Shown one piece after another: positions 1 through 9,917 of a DNA stretch of 64,000 nt. The notes beneath the pieces were generated by a model, which saw nothing but the letters and a program-made list of their open reading frames with translations, was not told the DNA's origin and did no database searches. The stretch is from Gammaproteobacteria bacterium (GTDB lineage Bacteria; Pseudomonadota; Gammaproteobacteria; Eutrophobiales; Eutrophobiaceae), in assembly GCA_046757565.1 (NCBI GenBank), contig JBHHYN010000003.1, positions 4,009 to 68,008 on the forward strand. The letters run 5' to 3'. How positions within the stretch are numbered: position 1 is the first letter of the stretch; every line of letters begins with the position of its first letter. The position numbers and the translations under genes are program-made.

Positions 1-1
1 C

Positions 2-778
2 GTAAGCATCGAGCAACTCAAGGACCTGGTAGAAGAGAAGCGCAAGAGCGGCATCGCGTTGAGTACTCTGGGATTTGGTGCCGGTAACTATAACGATCAG
101 TTAATGGAGCAGATCGCCGATGTGGGAAACGGGAACTATGCTTATATCGATACCCTGCAGGAAGCGCAGAAGGTCCTGGTCGACGAAATGAGTTCCACCA
201 TGCTGACGATAGCCAGGGACGTGAAGATCCAGATCGAGTTCAATCCTGCTGTCGTGGCGGAGTACCGGCTGATCGGCTATGAAAACCGCAGCCTGAAACG
301 CGAGGACTTTAATAATGACAATGTGGACGCCGGTGAAATCGGCGCCGGTCACAGCGTCACGGCACTCTACGAAATTGCCCTTAACGGCGGCAAAGGACGG
401 CGTATCGAACCTTTGCGTTACCGGTCAACAGAACAAAAAGCCAGCCATGGCAATGAAATAGGCTATTTGCGGTTGCGCTATAAAATGCCTGATGGCAACA
501 CCAGCAGACTGCTGGAGTGGCCGCTACGCAAGAGCGACATCACAGCTGCCGGCCTGAAGACCTCGAATGCGTTTCGCTTCTCAGCAGCCGTTGCAGCCTT
601 TGCGCAGAAATTGCGGGGCGGCGTATATACGGACCCATTCGATTATACGGACATCATGAAACTTGCGCGCAGCGGCAGAGGTGATGATCCCTTTGGCTAT
701 CGGGGTGAATTCCTGCATCTCGTGAATATGGCGCAGTCCTTAAGTCAGACTGAAGAATATGCACAAAGAACCGATTGA
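2..778 (+). CDS. von Willebrand factor type A domain protein, YfbK-like, 3' portion (5' end lies outside the window)
   Basis: The reading frame is open from position 2, the ORF-track start at 59 is internal, and the stop is at 776-778. The translation resembles the C-terminal region of vWA/DUF3520 (YfbK-family) proteins. Confidence 0.6.
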   Translation, partial: VSIEQLKDLVEEKRKSGIALSTLGFGAGNYNDQLMEQIADVGNGNYAYIDTLQEAQKVLVDEMSSTMLTIARDVKIQIEFNPAVVAEYRLIGYENRSLKREDFNNDNVDAGEIGAGHSVTALYEIALNGGKGRRIEPLRYRSTEQKASHGNEIGYLRLRYKMPDGNTSRLLEWPLRKSDITAAGLKTSNAFRFSAAVAAFAQKLRGGVYTDPFDYTDIMKLARSGRGDDPFGYRGEFLHLVNMAQSLSQTEEYAQRTD

Positions 779-1036
779 AGAGATAAAACCACGGAGATTA
801 CTGAACCTGCTTCTTTTAACTATTTTATTAACCACAGAGGCACAGGGTACACAGAGATAGTAAAAGTTAAAAAAACCAACGAAAATCCTGGGACTGGCCA
901 CCGAGTTGTTCATAACTTTCATTTCTATATTCTCCGTGCTCTCCGTGATTTCGAAAAAACCGTCTCTTCCCGGTTTCGGCTGCAGTGACGGCGATAATTT
1001 TGACTTGGTTAACGCTAAATCCATACACTTTCCCCT

Positions 1037-1585
1037 ATGGGGAAGGAACAGAGTGATGAGCAGCTGATGCTGGATTACCGGGAGGACGATGTCTCAGCTT
1101 TCGAGATCCTTTACAAACGGCATAAGGGCGCCCTGTATCGCTATTTGTTGCGGCAGTGCGGCAACCAGAGCACGGCGGAGGAGTTATATCAGGAGGTGTG
1201 GATGAACCTGATTAATGCCCGCCAGCGTTATGCCGTCAAGGCAAAATTCACCACCTATCTGTTCCAGATGGCCCATAACAGGCTGATCGATCATTACCGC
1301 CGGCAGAAGCCTGCTAATCCGGGTACGTCCGAAACCCCTGTTGATGGATTGCCGGCCCGGCAGCAGGAGCAACCTGAGCAGCAGGCGCTGCTGCATGAAC
1401 AGACTGATAAAATCGTGGCCATGGTCGAGACGCTGCCACCTGAACAGCGCGAGGCCTTTCTCTTGAAGGAAGAGGCCGGCAGGAGTATTCAGGAGATTGC
1501 GGAGATAACCGGTGTGAATACAGAGACGGCCAAGAGCCGTCTGCGTTATGCTGTCCATAAATTGCGGCAGGCATTGAGCGAATAA
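1037..1585 (+). CDS. ECF-type RNA polymerase sigma-70 family factor
   Basis: A 182 aa product with sigma region 2 (LYKRHKGALYRYLLRQCGN, ELYQEVWMNL) and region 4 HTH (REAFLLKEEAGRSIQEIAEITGVNTETAKSRLRYA). Its stop overlaps the next gene start (TAAGATG). Confidence 0.85.
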   Translation: MGKEQSDEQLMLDYREDDVSAFEILYKRHKGALYRYLLRQCGNQSTAEELYQEVWMNLINARQRYAVKAKFTTYLFQMAHNRLIDHYRRQKPANPGTSETPVDGLPARQQEQPEQQALLHEQTDKIVAMVETLPPEQREAFLLKEEAGRSIQEIAEITGVNTETAKSRLRYAVHKLRQALSE

Positions 1586-1586
1586 G

Positions 1587-2474
1587 ATGAGTCAGGATAA
1601 ACAGGATCCGGAGCTGAAAGAGACTCTGCAAGGGAAGACTGAACTCTCGCAGCGTTACCGGCGTTCGTCCCGGGAACAACCGCCGGCCCATCTTGATGAA
1701 GCGATCCTGGCCGCATCACGCCGGGCGGTAAAATCCAGGCCGCATCTCGCCTCGAGCCCGTTCTCTTCAGATTGGCATGTCCCGGTTTCACTGGCTGCAG
1801 TGCTGGCGCTGTGCATCACCCTGGTGGTGACCATGCAGGAAAGGCCCGTCGATAATGCATTGCAACCGCCTGCACAGGTGCAGCCTGCAGCGGCCGGTGG
1901 GGAGGAGCAGAAGTATGATGCCAGAACCAATGTTCCGGTAAAGCTGGAAGGTAAGGTGATGCGGGAACAGGATGCCATGGCGCCAGCGGCCGGTTTGGCC
2001 GGCAGGAGGGAAGATAGCGGCGCCTACGGGCCAACGGCATCAGACATAGCAACAGTCAGGGAACAGCCGCTTTCACCAGAGGCGCTGCAAAAGAAAAAAC
2101 GGGCGGAATCAGCGCTCCGGCCGTTGCGGCAGAAGAAAAACGCGCTCAGGCGGGAGATGGGGGCGAACGAGAAGATTATTGCTCCAACGGTCATGGCAAA
2201 ACCGGAAACGGCATTACCCGAACGCCGGGTTTCCAGGGAATATGCCGAGCGAATGGCCCTGGGAATTTCTTCTAAAGAACCCCTTGCCAAACCGGAAGAG
2301 TGGTTAAAGAGTATTGATCAATTATGGAAACAGGGAAACAAACAGGAAGCGGCCGGAGAGCTGAAAGCATTTATGCGCAGCTATCCCGGTTATCCTGTAG
2401 AAAAGCTCAAGATCGTACTGGCTGAAAGCTTGCTCAAATCGGTTGTGAATGATTTTACCGATCGGCCTGAATGA
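1587..2474 (+). CDS. Putative anti-sigma factor (single-pass membrane protein with a Pro/Ala/Lys-rich extracytoplasmic region)
   Basis: It is translationally coupled to the ECF sigma gene. It has a short cytoplasmic N-terminus, one transmembrane segment (VPVSLAAVLALCITLVVTM) and a low-complexity periplasmic tail. The role is inferred from position only. Confidence 0.5.
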   Translation: MSQDKQDPELKETLQGKTELSQRYRRSSREQPPAHLDEAILAASRRAVKSRPHLASSPFSSDWHVPVSLAAVLALCITLVVTMQERPVDNALQPPAQVQPAAAGGEEQKYDARTNVPVKLEGKVMREQDAMAPAAGLAGRREDSGAYGPTASDIATVREQPLSPEALQKKKRAESALRPLRQKKNALRREMGANEKIIAPTVMAKPETALPERRVSREYAERMALGISSKEPLAKPEEWLKSIDQLWKQGNKQEAAGELKAFMRSYPGYPVEKLKIVLAESLLKSVVNDFTDRPE

Positions 2475-2567
2475 GCTTTCAGGGCGGGAAAAAAACAGGT
2501 AAAGCGATGTTCGTTTCCTGCGGTTTGGGGTAGGATGCGCATTTTTTAGACTGCGGCATAATTTTTA

Positions 2568-3413
2568 ATGAGACTTTCGGGCAAGGAATTTCGCAATCAG
2601 CAACATAAGGCAATTACCCTCCTCGGGATGTCCGGGGTCGGGAAGACGCGGCTTGCCCGTATCCTGCGAAAACGCCACTGGTTTCACTATTCGGGTGATT
2701 ACCGTATCGGTACGCGTTACCTGGATGAAGCTATCCTGGATAACATCAAACATCAGGCCATGCAGGTACCGGCCCTGAAGGAGTTGTTACGTTCGGACAC
2801 TATTTATATTGCCAATAATATCAGCGTCGATAATTTAAAGCCCGTTACCGGCTTTCTTGGCAAGGTGGGCAATCCGGAGTTAGATGGACTCGGTTTGCAG
2901 GAATTTAAATGCAGGCAGGCATTGCATCGTAACGCCGAGATCGCCGCCATGATGGACGTACCTGAATATATACATAAGGCTCGAGACATCTACGGTTATG
3001 ATCATTTCGTCAATGATGCCGGTGGCAGTTTGTGTGAACTGGATGACGATGAGGCTATCAAAATCCTGGCCGAACACACGCTGATCTTCTATATAGAAGC
3101 TACCGCAAAGGATGAACTGGAATTAATCAGGCGCTCAGAGGAAGATCCAAAACCGCTGTATTACCGTGAAGAATTTCTGGATCAGCAGTTAACGGTGTAT
3201 ATGGACGAACACTCTCTTGATTATGTGGCGCTGATCGATCCGGATGATTTTGTGCGTTGGGTTTTCCCCAGGCTTTTTAAAGCACGGCTGCCACGTTACC
3301 AGGCTATCGCGGCAGCACACGGCTATACACTGGGTACCGACGAAGTGGCGGCGGTGGAAAATGAAGCAGAATTTCTCAGCTTGATTGAACAGGTACTAGA
3401 CCGGACGCACTAA
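2568..3413 (+). CDS. P-loop NTPase of unknown function, 36 nt upstream of metA
   Basis: Walker A motif GMSGVGKT near the N-terminus; 281 aa; no recognisable family beyond the P-loop fold; co-directional with metA. Confidence 0.6.
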   Translation: MRLSGKEFRNQQHKAITLLGMSGVGKTRLARILRKRHWFHYSGDYRIGTRYLDEAILDNIKHQAMQVPALKELLRSDTIYIANNISVDNLKPVTGFLGKVGNPELDGLGLQEFKCRQALHRNAEIAAMMDVPEYIHKARDIYGYDHFVNDAGGSLCELDDDEAIKILAEHTLIFYIEATAKDELELIRRSEEDPKPLYYREEFLDQQLTVYMDEHSLDYVALIDPDDFVRWVFPRLFKARLPRYQAIAAAHGYTLGTDEVAAVENEAEFLSLIEQVLDRTH

Positions 3414-3449
3414 TAAATGAAACGTAAATTTGCAGGACTGTAAACAAAC

Positions 3450-4514
3450 ATGCCCCTGGTCGCCAATACAGATCTGCCCAGTTTCCTGAGGTTGCGGGAT
3501 GAGGGAGAGACCGTCATTCCCCGTGAACACGCCGAGCACCAGGACATCCGCGAACTGCATATCGGCTTGCTGAACATGATGCCGGACAAGGCGCTGGAGG
3601 CGACCGAGCGGCAGTTCTTCAGGCTGGTCGGGGAGAGCAATCAGATCGCGCAGTTCTACATCCATCCCTTTACCCTCAAGGAGCTGAAACGAAATGCCCG
3701 GGGACAGGCCCATGTCGATCGGTTTTACATGAGTTTCGATGAGATAAAACAGGAGGGACTGGATGCCCTGATCATTACCGGCGCCAATGTGATCGGATCG
3801 GAACTGTCCGAGCAACCGTTCTGGAAACCTTTGATAGAGGTAATTGACTGGGCCTATGACAATGTCACCTCGATTTTATGTTCCTGTCTGGCGACCCATG
3901 CGGTGTTGCAGTTCCGGTACGGCCAGAAGCGGCGCCCCCTTCCTGCGAAGCGCTGGGGGGTCTATGCACACAAGGTAGTAGATAAAATCCATCCCCTGGT
4001 GACAGGGGTGAATACCCGGTTTGATGTCCCCCACTCAAGGTTTAACCAGGTGGATCGAGACCAGTTTGAAGCAGCCGGATTGAAGATACTGGTGGAAAGC
4101 GACGAGGCAGGTGTCCATCTGGCTGTCAGTGCGGATGGTTTTCGCATGGTGTTTTCCCAGGGCCATCCGGAATACGATGTCGTCAGCCTGCTGAAGGAGT
4201 ACAAACGTGAAGTAGGCCGCTATATTTTCGGAGAACTCCGCGAGTATCCTGCATTTCCGGAAAATTATTTTACGTTACAAAACCGGGCGATATTGGAGGA
4301 GTACCGGTACCGGGTGGACAGGGCCCGTGAACAGGATGCCGAGCCTCCGGATTTTCCCGAAACACTGCTCCTGCCGGGTGTCGACAATACCTGGCACGAT
4401 AGTGCCGAAGCGGTCCTGAATAACTGGATTGGTAAGGTCTACCAGTTAACACATATCGATCGGCGCATTCCTTTCCGGGAAGAGGTCGACCCCGGTAACC
4501 CTCTTGGGTTGTAG
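3450..4514 (+). CDS. metA: Homoserine O-acyltransferase (O-succinyl/acetyl) MetA
   Basis: 354 aa product with MetA family hallmarks (LNMMPDKALEATERQFFRL, ALIITGANV, VPHSRFN, SQGHPEYD). Confidence 0.9.
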   Translation: MPLVANTDLPSFLRLRDEGETVIPREHAEHQDIRELHIGLLNMMPDKALEATERQFFRLVGESNQIAQFYIHPFTLKELKRNARGQAHVDRFYMSFDEIKQEGLDALIITGANVIGSELSEQPFWKPLIEVIDWAYDNVTSILCSCLATHAVLQFRYGQKRRPLPAKRWGVYAHKVVDKIHPLVTGVNTRFDVPHSRFNQVDRDQFEAAGLKILVESDEAGVHLAVSADGFRMVFSQGHPEYDVVSLLKEYKREVGRYIFGELREYPAFPENYFTLQNRAILEEYRYRVDRAREQDAEPPDFPETLLLPGVDNTWHDSAEAVLNNWIGKVYQLTHIDRRIPFREEVDPGNPLGL

Positions 4515-4517
4515 ATA

Positions 4518-4883
4518 TCAACTCTTTTTTTTGGGTTTATCCCCGGTTGTTTTCGTTGCTGCCGGGGCTGCTGCTTCCGGTTTTTCCGGTGTAGCTGACT
4601 TGTTTTTATCCCCAACAGGCCAGGGACTGAATGGAAAGGGCCTCTCTTCCGATTGAAAGGTGATATACAATAATATCTGGAAGGCATACCGGGTCAGGCC
4701 ATCGCTGAAATTAAACAGATTCTGGTTGAGATTACCGGTGATGACCTTGGTCAGGAACTGGAAAATGACCAGCAGCCAGATAACGATATAGAGCACATAA
4801 AAAATTACACCAAATATCACAATAAACAGTCCGCGGATCCAGACGTCTACATTTTTAACGTTTTCTTTGACATTGATATTCAT
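4518..4883 (-). CDS. Small membrane protein, DUF4389-like, with a Lys/Pro-rich C-terminal tail
   Basis: 121 aa with two hydrophobic helices (LFIVIFGVIFYVLYIVIWLLVIF) and a basic low-complexity tail. Confidence 0.55.
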   Translation of the reverse strand: MNINVKENVKNVDVWIRGLFIVIFGVIFYVLYIVIWLLVIFQFLTKVITGNLNQNLFNFSDGLTRYAFQILLYITFQSEERPFPFSPWPVGDKNKSATPEKPEAAAPAATKTTGDKPKKKS

Positions 4884-5086
4884 TTTTCTACTCCCCTTTA
4901 CGCGACAACGGGACGGATGATGGAATACTATGCAACAGGCATCGATTATCCGAAATTAATACCACGAGACTCTTTGGATTTGCAACCTTTTTAGAGAAGG
5001 TGAGAGGTTGATTAGCGAAGAGCAGGTCATTATCAACAGGCGCCGGGATTTTCCCGGTGCGGCGCTGACAAGGTGAAGAAATTACC

Positions 5087-5698
5087 ATGAACGAAAAAAT
5101 TCGGGAATTGCTGGCACAGATAACCGCCCTCGAGGATGAAATTGAGGAGGTCCTCCTCACCCAGCAGGAGCAATTTCTCTATCATCTCAAGGACGGCAGG
5201 ATACGCTTTAAGCAGGGAATTGAGGAGGCGCACAGGGAGTTAAAGAAAGGGCTGCTGCGCTGGGCCCTCGATAGCCGCCCAAGGAATATGCTTTCAGCGC
5301 CCTTTATCTATGCGATGATTGTCCCGTTTGCTTTGTTGGATCTCTGCTTGACCTTGTATCAGTGGCTCTGTTTCCCCCTGTACCGGATCGGCAAGGTCAA
5401 GCGAAACGCTTACATTGTGATCGACCGGCATCACCTGAAGCATCTCAACAGTATCGAACGGTTTAATTGCATCTATTGTGGTTACGCCAATGGATTGCTT
5501 GCCTATGCCAGGGAAGTTGCCGCGCGGACGGAACAGTACTGGTGTCCCATCAAACACGCCAGGCGGGTACTGGACAGACATTCCCGATACCATGATTTCA
5601 TCGATTTCGGTGTCGGCGCCGAATACCACGCACGGCTCAATGATTACCGGAGTCAACTGCAATCAGAAACCCTGCATGATGAACAGGCTGACAGGTAG
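5087..5698 (+). CDS. Hypothetical membrane protein
   Basis: 203 aa with an N-terminal coiled-coil-like region, one hydrophobic helix (FIYAMIVPFALLDLCLTLYQWL) and a Cys-containing region (CIYCGY...WCPIKH). No family assignment. Confidence 0.5.
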   Translation: MNEKIRELLAQITALEDEIEEVLLTQQEQFLYHLKDGRIRFKQGIEEAHRELKKGLLRWALDSRPRNMLSAPFIYAMIVPFALLDLCLTLYQWLCFPLYRIGKVKRNAYIVIDRHHLKHLNSIERFNCIYCGYANGLLAYAREVAARTEQYWCPIKHARRVLDRHSRYHDFIDFGVGAEYHARLNDYRSQLQSETLHDEQADR

Positions 5699-5706
5699 AC
5701 AGGTAG

Positions 5707-7101
5707 ATGGAAGCGCTGAATCCATTATCTACAGCATCTCCCAAAGACGGGGAATACACGCCCGCATTCCGTTCATCACCAAAAGTCGGGTTTATCAGCC
5801 TGGGTTGCCCGAAGGCGCTGGTGGATTCCGAGCGCATCCTGACCGAGCTGCGTCTGCAAGGCTATGCGATTACTACGTCTTATAAGGATGCCGATGTAGT
5901 GGTGGTGAATACCTGTGGATTTATCGACAGCGCCAGACTGGAATCGCTGCAGAGCATCGCCGAGGCCATTGAGAAAAACGGCAAGGTGATAGTGAGCGGT
6001 TGTCTGGGGGTCCATGAAGACGAAATCCGCCGCGTTCATCCACAGGTATTGAGCATTTCCGGGCCACAGCAATACCAACAGGTCGTCACTGCCGTACACC
6101 GTCATGCCCCACAAAACCGGCAGCACGGTCACAGTGCGGATCCGGTTCCGCCCCAGGGTATCAAATTGACCCCACGCCATTACGCCTACCTGAAGATCGC
6201 GGAAGGCTGCAATCACCATTGCAGTTTCTGCATTATTCCCTCCCTGCGCGGCCGGCTGATCAGCCGTCCTGTCGATGCAGTCATGCACGAGGCCGAGGGC
6301 CTGGTCAACGCCGGGGTCAGGGAATTACTGGTGATCGCTCAGGACACCAGCGCTTACGGGGCGGACATGAAATATCAATCCAGCTCCTACCGGGGCAGGC
6401 CGGTTAAAACCAGCATACAGGCCCTGTGTGAAGCGTTGGCAGAGTTCGGGATCTGGATCCGCCTGCATTATCTCTATCCCTATCCCCATGTAGACCGGCT
6501 TATTCCGTTAATGGAGCAGGGAAAGATATTACCTTATCTTGATGTGCCGTTTCAGCATGCCAGTGCGAAGGTGTTAAAACAGATGCGGCGGCCGGCCGCC
6601 GCAGAAAACATTCTGTCGCGGATCCATGAATGGCGTGGCATCTGCCCCCGTATAGCCATCCGTTCCACCTTCATTGTCGGGTTCCCCGGTGAAACGGAGG
6701 AGGATTTTGAGATCCTGCTTGATTTTTTACATGCAGCACAACTGGACCGGGCAGGCTGTTTTCAATATTCAGCGGTTGCCGGCGCCGCTGCGAACAGACT
6801 GGCGCATGCCGTACCGGAAGAGATTAAACAGCAACGCTGGGAGCGCTTCATGCAGATCCAGGCGGCGATCAGCAGACGGAAATTGCAAACCAGGATTGGA
6901 CAGATAATGGAAGTATTGGTAGATGAGATCGAAGGCGACCATATTATTGGCCGTAGCCATGCGGATGCGCCGGAAATCGATGGCAAGGTTTTTATCCGGA
7001 ACGATGTGGCGCTACAGGTGGGTGACAGAGTGGATGTCCGTATCGACACTGCCGGGGAATATGATCTGTGGGGCCACGTAGCGGGTGGCACGGATCCATG
7101 A
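5707..7101 (+). CDS. rimO: Ribosomal protein S12 methylthiotransferase RimO
   Basis: MTTase N-terminal domain ([29 protein letters not shown]), radical-SAM [11 protein letters not shown] and a C-terminal TRAM domain. Confidence 0.9.
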   Translation: MEALNPLSTASPKDGEYTPAFRSSPKVGFISLGCPKALVDSERILTELRLQGYAITTSYKDADVVVVNTCGFIDSARLESLQSIAEAIEKNGKVIVSGCLGVHEDEIRRVHPQVLSISGPQQYQQVVTAVHRHAPQNRQHGHSADPVPPQGIKLTPRHYAYLKIAEGCNHHCSFCIIPSLRGRLISRPVDAVMHEAEGLVNAGVRELLVIAQDTSAYGADMKYQSSSYRGRPVKTSIQALCEALAEFGIWIRLHYLYPYPHVDRLIPLMEQGKILPYLDVPFQHASAKVLKQMRRPAAAENILSRIHEWRGICPRIAIRSTFIVGFPGETEEDFEILLDFLHAAQLDRAGCFQYSAVAGAAANRLAHAVPEEIKQQRWERFMQIQAAISRRKLQTRIGQIMEVLVDEIEGDHIIGRSHADAPEIDGKVFIRNDVALQVGDRVDVRIDTAGEYDLWGHVAGGTDP

Positions 7102-7119
7102 TGCGGTTCCATTTGCGAA

Positions 7120-7923
7120 GTGGTGAGTGAATTGGACCTGAAGCTTAAAAATAAAATCATTATGGTTGCCGCCTCGAGCAGGGGAATTGGCTGCGGTATT
7201 GCCGAGGCCGTTGCCGGAGAAGGCGCCCGGCTCTCGCTCGCCAGCCGTTCACCGGAGGAGATTCAAAACGCCGCCTCGAAGATCCATACCCTGTACGGGA
7301 TCGAGGCCCGTGCTTATACCTTCGATGCCATGGATCCGGACTCTATTGAAAACTGGACCCGTTCCACCATTGATGATCTGGGTGGTGTGGACGGTATGGT
7401 CGTGAATGCCGGCGGTCCAACACCGGGCAGGTTCGATTCACTCGATGATGATGCCTGGAACCAGGCATATCAACTGACCCTGCTCAGTGCGGTCAGGATG
7501 ATCCGGTCCGTACTCCCCGGTTTCAGACAACAGCGCTCCGGTTCCATCCTGACCGTGACTTCGACTTCCATCAAGGAACCCATCGATGAGTTGCTGCTCT
7601 CGAATGTATTTCGGGCCGGGGTGCTGGGCCTTGTAAAAAGCGTTTCCAGGGAGCTTGCCCGGGAGGGGATCCGGATCAACAATCTGGTACCCGGGCGGAT
7701 CGATACTGAGCGGGTCCGTACCATTGACCGGCTGAATGCTGAAAAGATCGGCATAACCGTTGAGCAGAGGAGGGCGGAAGAGGAAGCGGCCATACCCGTT
7801 GGCCGTTATGGCACAATCCAGGAGTTGGGAGCGGCCGCTGCATTCCTGCTCTCGGATGCGGCCGGCTATATTACGGGAACGACGCTTGTCGTTGACGGCG
7901 GCAAGCTCAGAACGGTTCAATAG
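7120..7923 (+). CDS. Short-chain dehydrogenase/reductase (FabG-like)
   Basis: SDR fold with an ASSRGIG nucleotide-binding site variant and an NAG motif. The start could instead be an in-frame codon slightly downstream. Confidence 0.75.
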   Translation: MVSELDLKLKNKIIMVAASSRGIGCGIAEAVAGEGARLSLASRSPEEIQNAASKIHTLYGIEARAYTFDAMDPDSIENWTRSTIDDLGGVDGMVVNAGGPTPGRFDSLDDDAWNQAYQLTLLSAVRMIRSVLPGFRQQRSGSILTVTSTSIKEPIDELLLSNVFRAGVLGLVKSVSRELAREGIRINNLVPGRIDTERVRTIDRLNAEKIGITVEQRRAEEEAAIPVGRYGTIQELGAAAAFLLSDAAGYITGTTLVVDGGKLRTVQ

Positions 7924-7979
7924 AAATGACTCCATGGCGCTATCCGGGGTTTCCACTCCGGCCCAAAGGGAGGTAGAGT

Positions 7980-8549
7980 ATGAAATTAAGCACAAAACAG
8001 ACGGTCCGGACAGCGGCTATTGTCATGTGCCTGATTGGATTGCTGCAAGCACCGGCATATGGGGATAAAAAAATGGGTCTTGTACTGGGTTCGCCCGCTT
8101 TCGCCAACGGCGCCAACATACCTTCCAAATACACCTGCGAAGGGCAGGATATCGCACCGCCACTGGCATGGGGGCAGATACCTGCCGACAGCCGCAGTCT
8201 TGTTCTCATCGTTGATGACCCGGATGCACCGGATCCGGCCTCCCCGCAGATGACCTGGGTCCATTGGCTGCTCTTTAACATACCGCCCGGGACCAAAGGT
8301 CTTGCTGAAGGCGCCACATCGAGGGACCTTCCGAAGGGAACAGGTGCGGGGCTCAATGACTGGAAGCGCACCGGCTATGGCGGTCCTTGCCCACCCATAG
8401 GCCGTCACCGTTATTTCTTCAAGTTATACGCCCTGGATGTATTGTTGGAGGGACTGGGTACGCCGGCGAAGGCGATGCTGGAGTCCGCGATGCACGGTCA
8501 TATCATGGACAAGGCCGAGCTTATCGGTACCTACCAAAAGAAGCGCTGA
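7980..8549 (+). CDS. YbhB/YbcL-family PEBP (Raf kinase inhibitor-like) periplasmic protein
   Basis: Signal peptide plus PEBP motifs (DDPDAPDP, HWLLFNIP, YGGPCPPIGRHRYFFKLYAL). Confidence 0.85.
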   Translation: MKLSTKQTVRTAAIVMCLIGLLQAPAYGDKKMGLVLGSPAFANGANIPSKYTCEGQDIAPPLAWGQIPADSRSLVLIVDDPDAPDPASPQMTWVHWLLFNIPPGTKGLAEGATSRDLPKGTGAGLNDWKRTGYGGPCPPIGRHRYFFKLYALDVLLEGLGTPAKAMLESAMHGHIMDKAELIGTYQKKR

Positions 8550-8676
8550 ATTCCTCATGGATTAACATCTGCGTGGAAGCTGTTTGCGCGCGCTCTGCAT
8601 AGCTGGCGTATACTGTTACGCATGCGCATCAATCGACTGAGCAGGACACAGTATTCGACGCAGATCCCGTATAATA

Positions 8677-9405
8677 ATGAACAGTTCCATTCAAATAATC
8701 CCCGTTGCCAATCTTGCGCTTGCGTTCATACCTGTGCTCGTGGTGGCGGCGATTCTCTATAAATGGTCTTTGGGCAGCGGATTTCTGCTCTATGCGTCGG
8801 CGCGTATGGTGATCCAGCTGCTGCTCGTTGGCTATGTGCTTACCTATATTTTCGCCGTCAATCATGCTGCGCTGGTGATAGCCGTCCTGGCAATCATGCT
8901 GGTCATTGCCAGCAGCATTGCTCTACGACCGCTCAAGATCAGGCATCGCTTACTGTATGCCAAGGCCCTTGCAGCCATCACAGTCGGAGGGGGTCTGACC
9001 CTGCTATTGATCACACAGGGCGTGCTCTCCCTGAACCCCTGGTTTTCCCCCCGTTATCTGGTGCCCCTGGGGGGAATGATCTTCGCCAATGCAATGAATA
9101 CCGTCAGTCTCGCCGCTGAACGCTTCGAAGCGGAGATCGGAAACGCTGTGCACTATAATGAAGCGAGACGTACCGCGCTACGCGCTTCGCTCATTCCCCT
9201 GATCAATTCGCTTTTGGCAGTCGGTCTGGTCTCTTTTCCGGGGATGATGACCGGCCAGATCCTGTCCGGCGAATCGCCGCTGCTGGCGGTGCGGTATCAG
9301 ATCATGGTGATGTGTATGATATTCGGTTCGGCAGGTATCTCAGCAGCCTGCTTTCTTGTTTTACTCAGGCCCGACGATGAGAATCCGGGAGCGGAAGGAA
9401 TCTGA
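8677..9405 (+). CDS. FetB/YbbM-family (UPF0014) ABC-type permease
   Basis: 242 aa polytopic membrane protein resembling FetB/YbbM. No partner ATPase gene lies adjacent. Confidence 0.7.
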   Translation: MNSSIQIIPVANLALAFIPVLVVAAILYKWSLGSGFLLYASARMVIQLLLVGYVLTYIFAVNHAALVIAVLAIMLVIASSIALRPLKIRHRLLYAKALAAITVGGGLTLLLITQGVLSLNPWFSPRYLVPLGGMIFANAMNTVSLAAERFEAEIGNAVHYNEARRTALRASLIPLINSLLAVGLVSFPGMMTGQILSGESPLLAVRYQIMVMCMIFGSAGISAACFLVLLRPDDENPGAEGI

Positions 9406-9468
9406 ACGGGTTAAGTACGTGGCCGGGTTGATAATTTCCCCACACTGGGCGCAACACAGGAGGACGCT

Positions 9469-9783
9469 ATGATTTATAAGGTCAGGGCCAGATATATTGA
9501 AACTGAGGTTAAACGGTTTTTTGAGAAATTGACCGACGGTACTATTGCAGGCCAGGAGCCGGATGGTGAGGAGATTGTCACGGCTATGCAAACCGCAAAG
9601 ATCACAGAACCCGGTATCATCGAGTGGTATGAGACCTGTTATTGCCGAACTCCACTTGAACATGAAAGGGCCACTGTTTATGACTCTTTTCTCTCCGGGA
9701 TCAGCACTGAACGGGTCAGTGCATCCGGAGAGATAGCAGGAGATGCATTCTGGTCCTATATGGAAGCCGCATCCGGGCAGTGA
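9469..9783 (+). CDS. Hypothetical protein
   Basis: 104 aa ORF preceded by a strong SD (AGGAGG). No recognisable family. Confidence 0.5.
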   Translation: MIYKVRARYIETEVKRFFEKLTDGTIAGQEPDGEEIVTAMQTAKITEPGIIEWYETCYCRTPLEHERATVYDSFLSGISTERVSASGEIAGDAFWSYMEAASGQ

Positions 9784-9917
9784 TCTCCGCAGAAATTATT
9801 ATCTATCTATTTGTTTTAACTGTATAATTACCTGTTGTAGCACAATGGGTCCGTGCCTCTGAATGCGCTGCTCAGGGTAAGGCGGAATGAATAACAACAA
9901 TAACTGTTAGCCGATTT

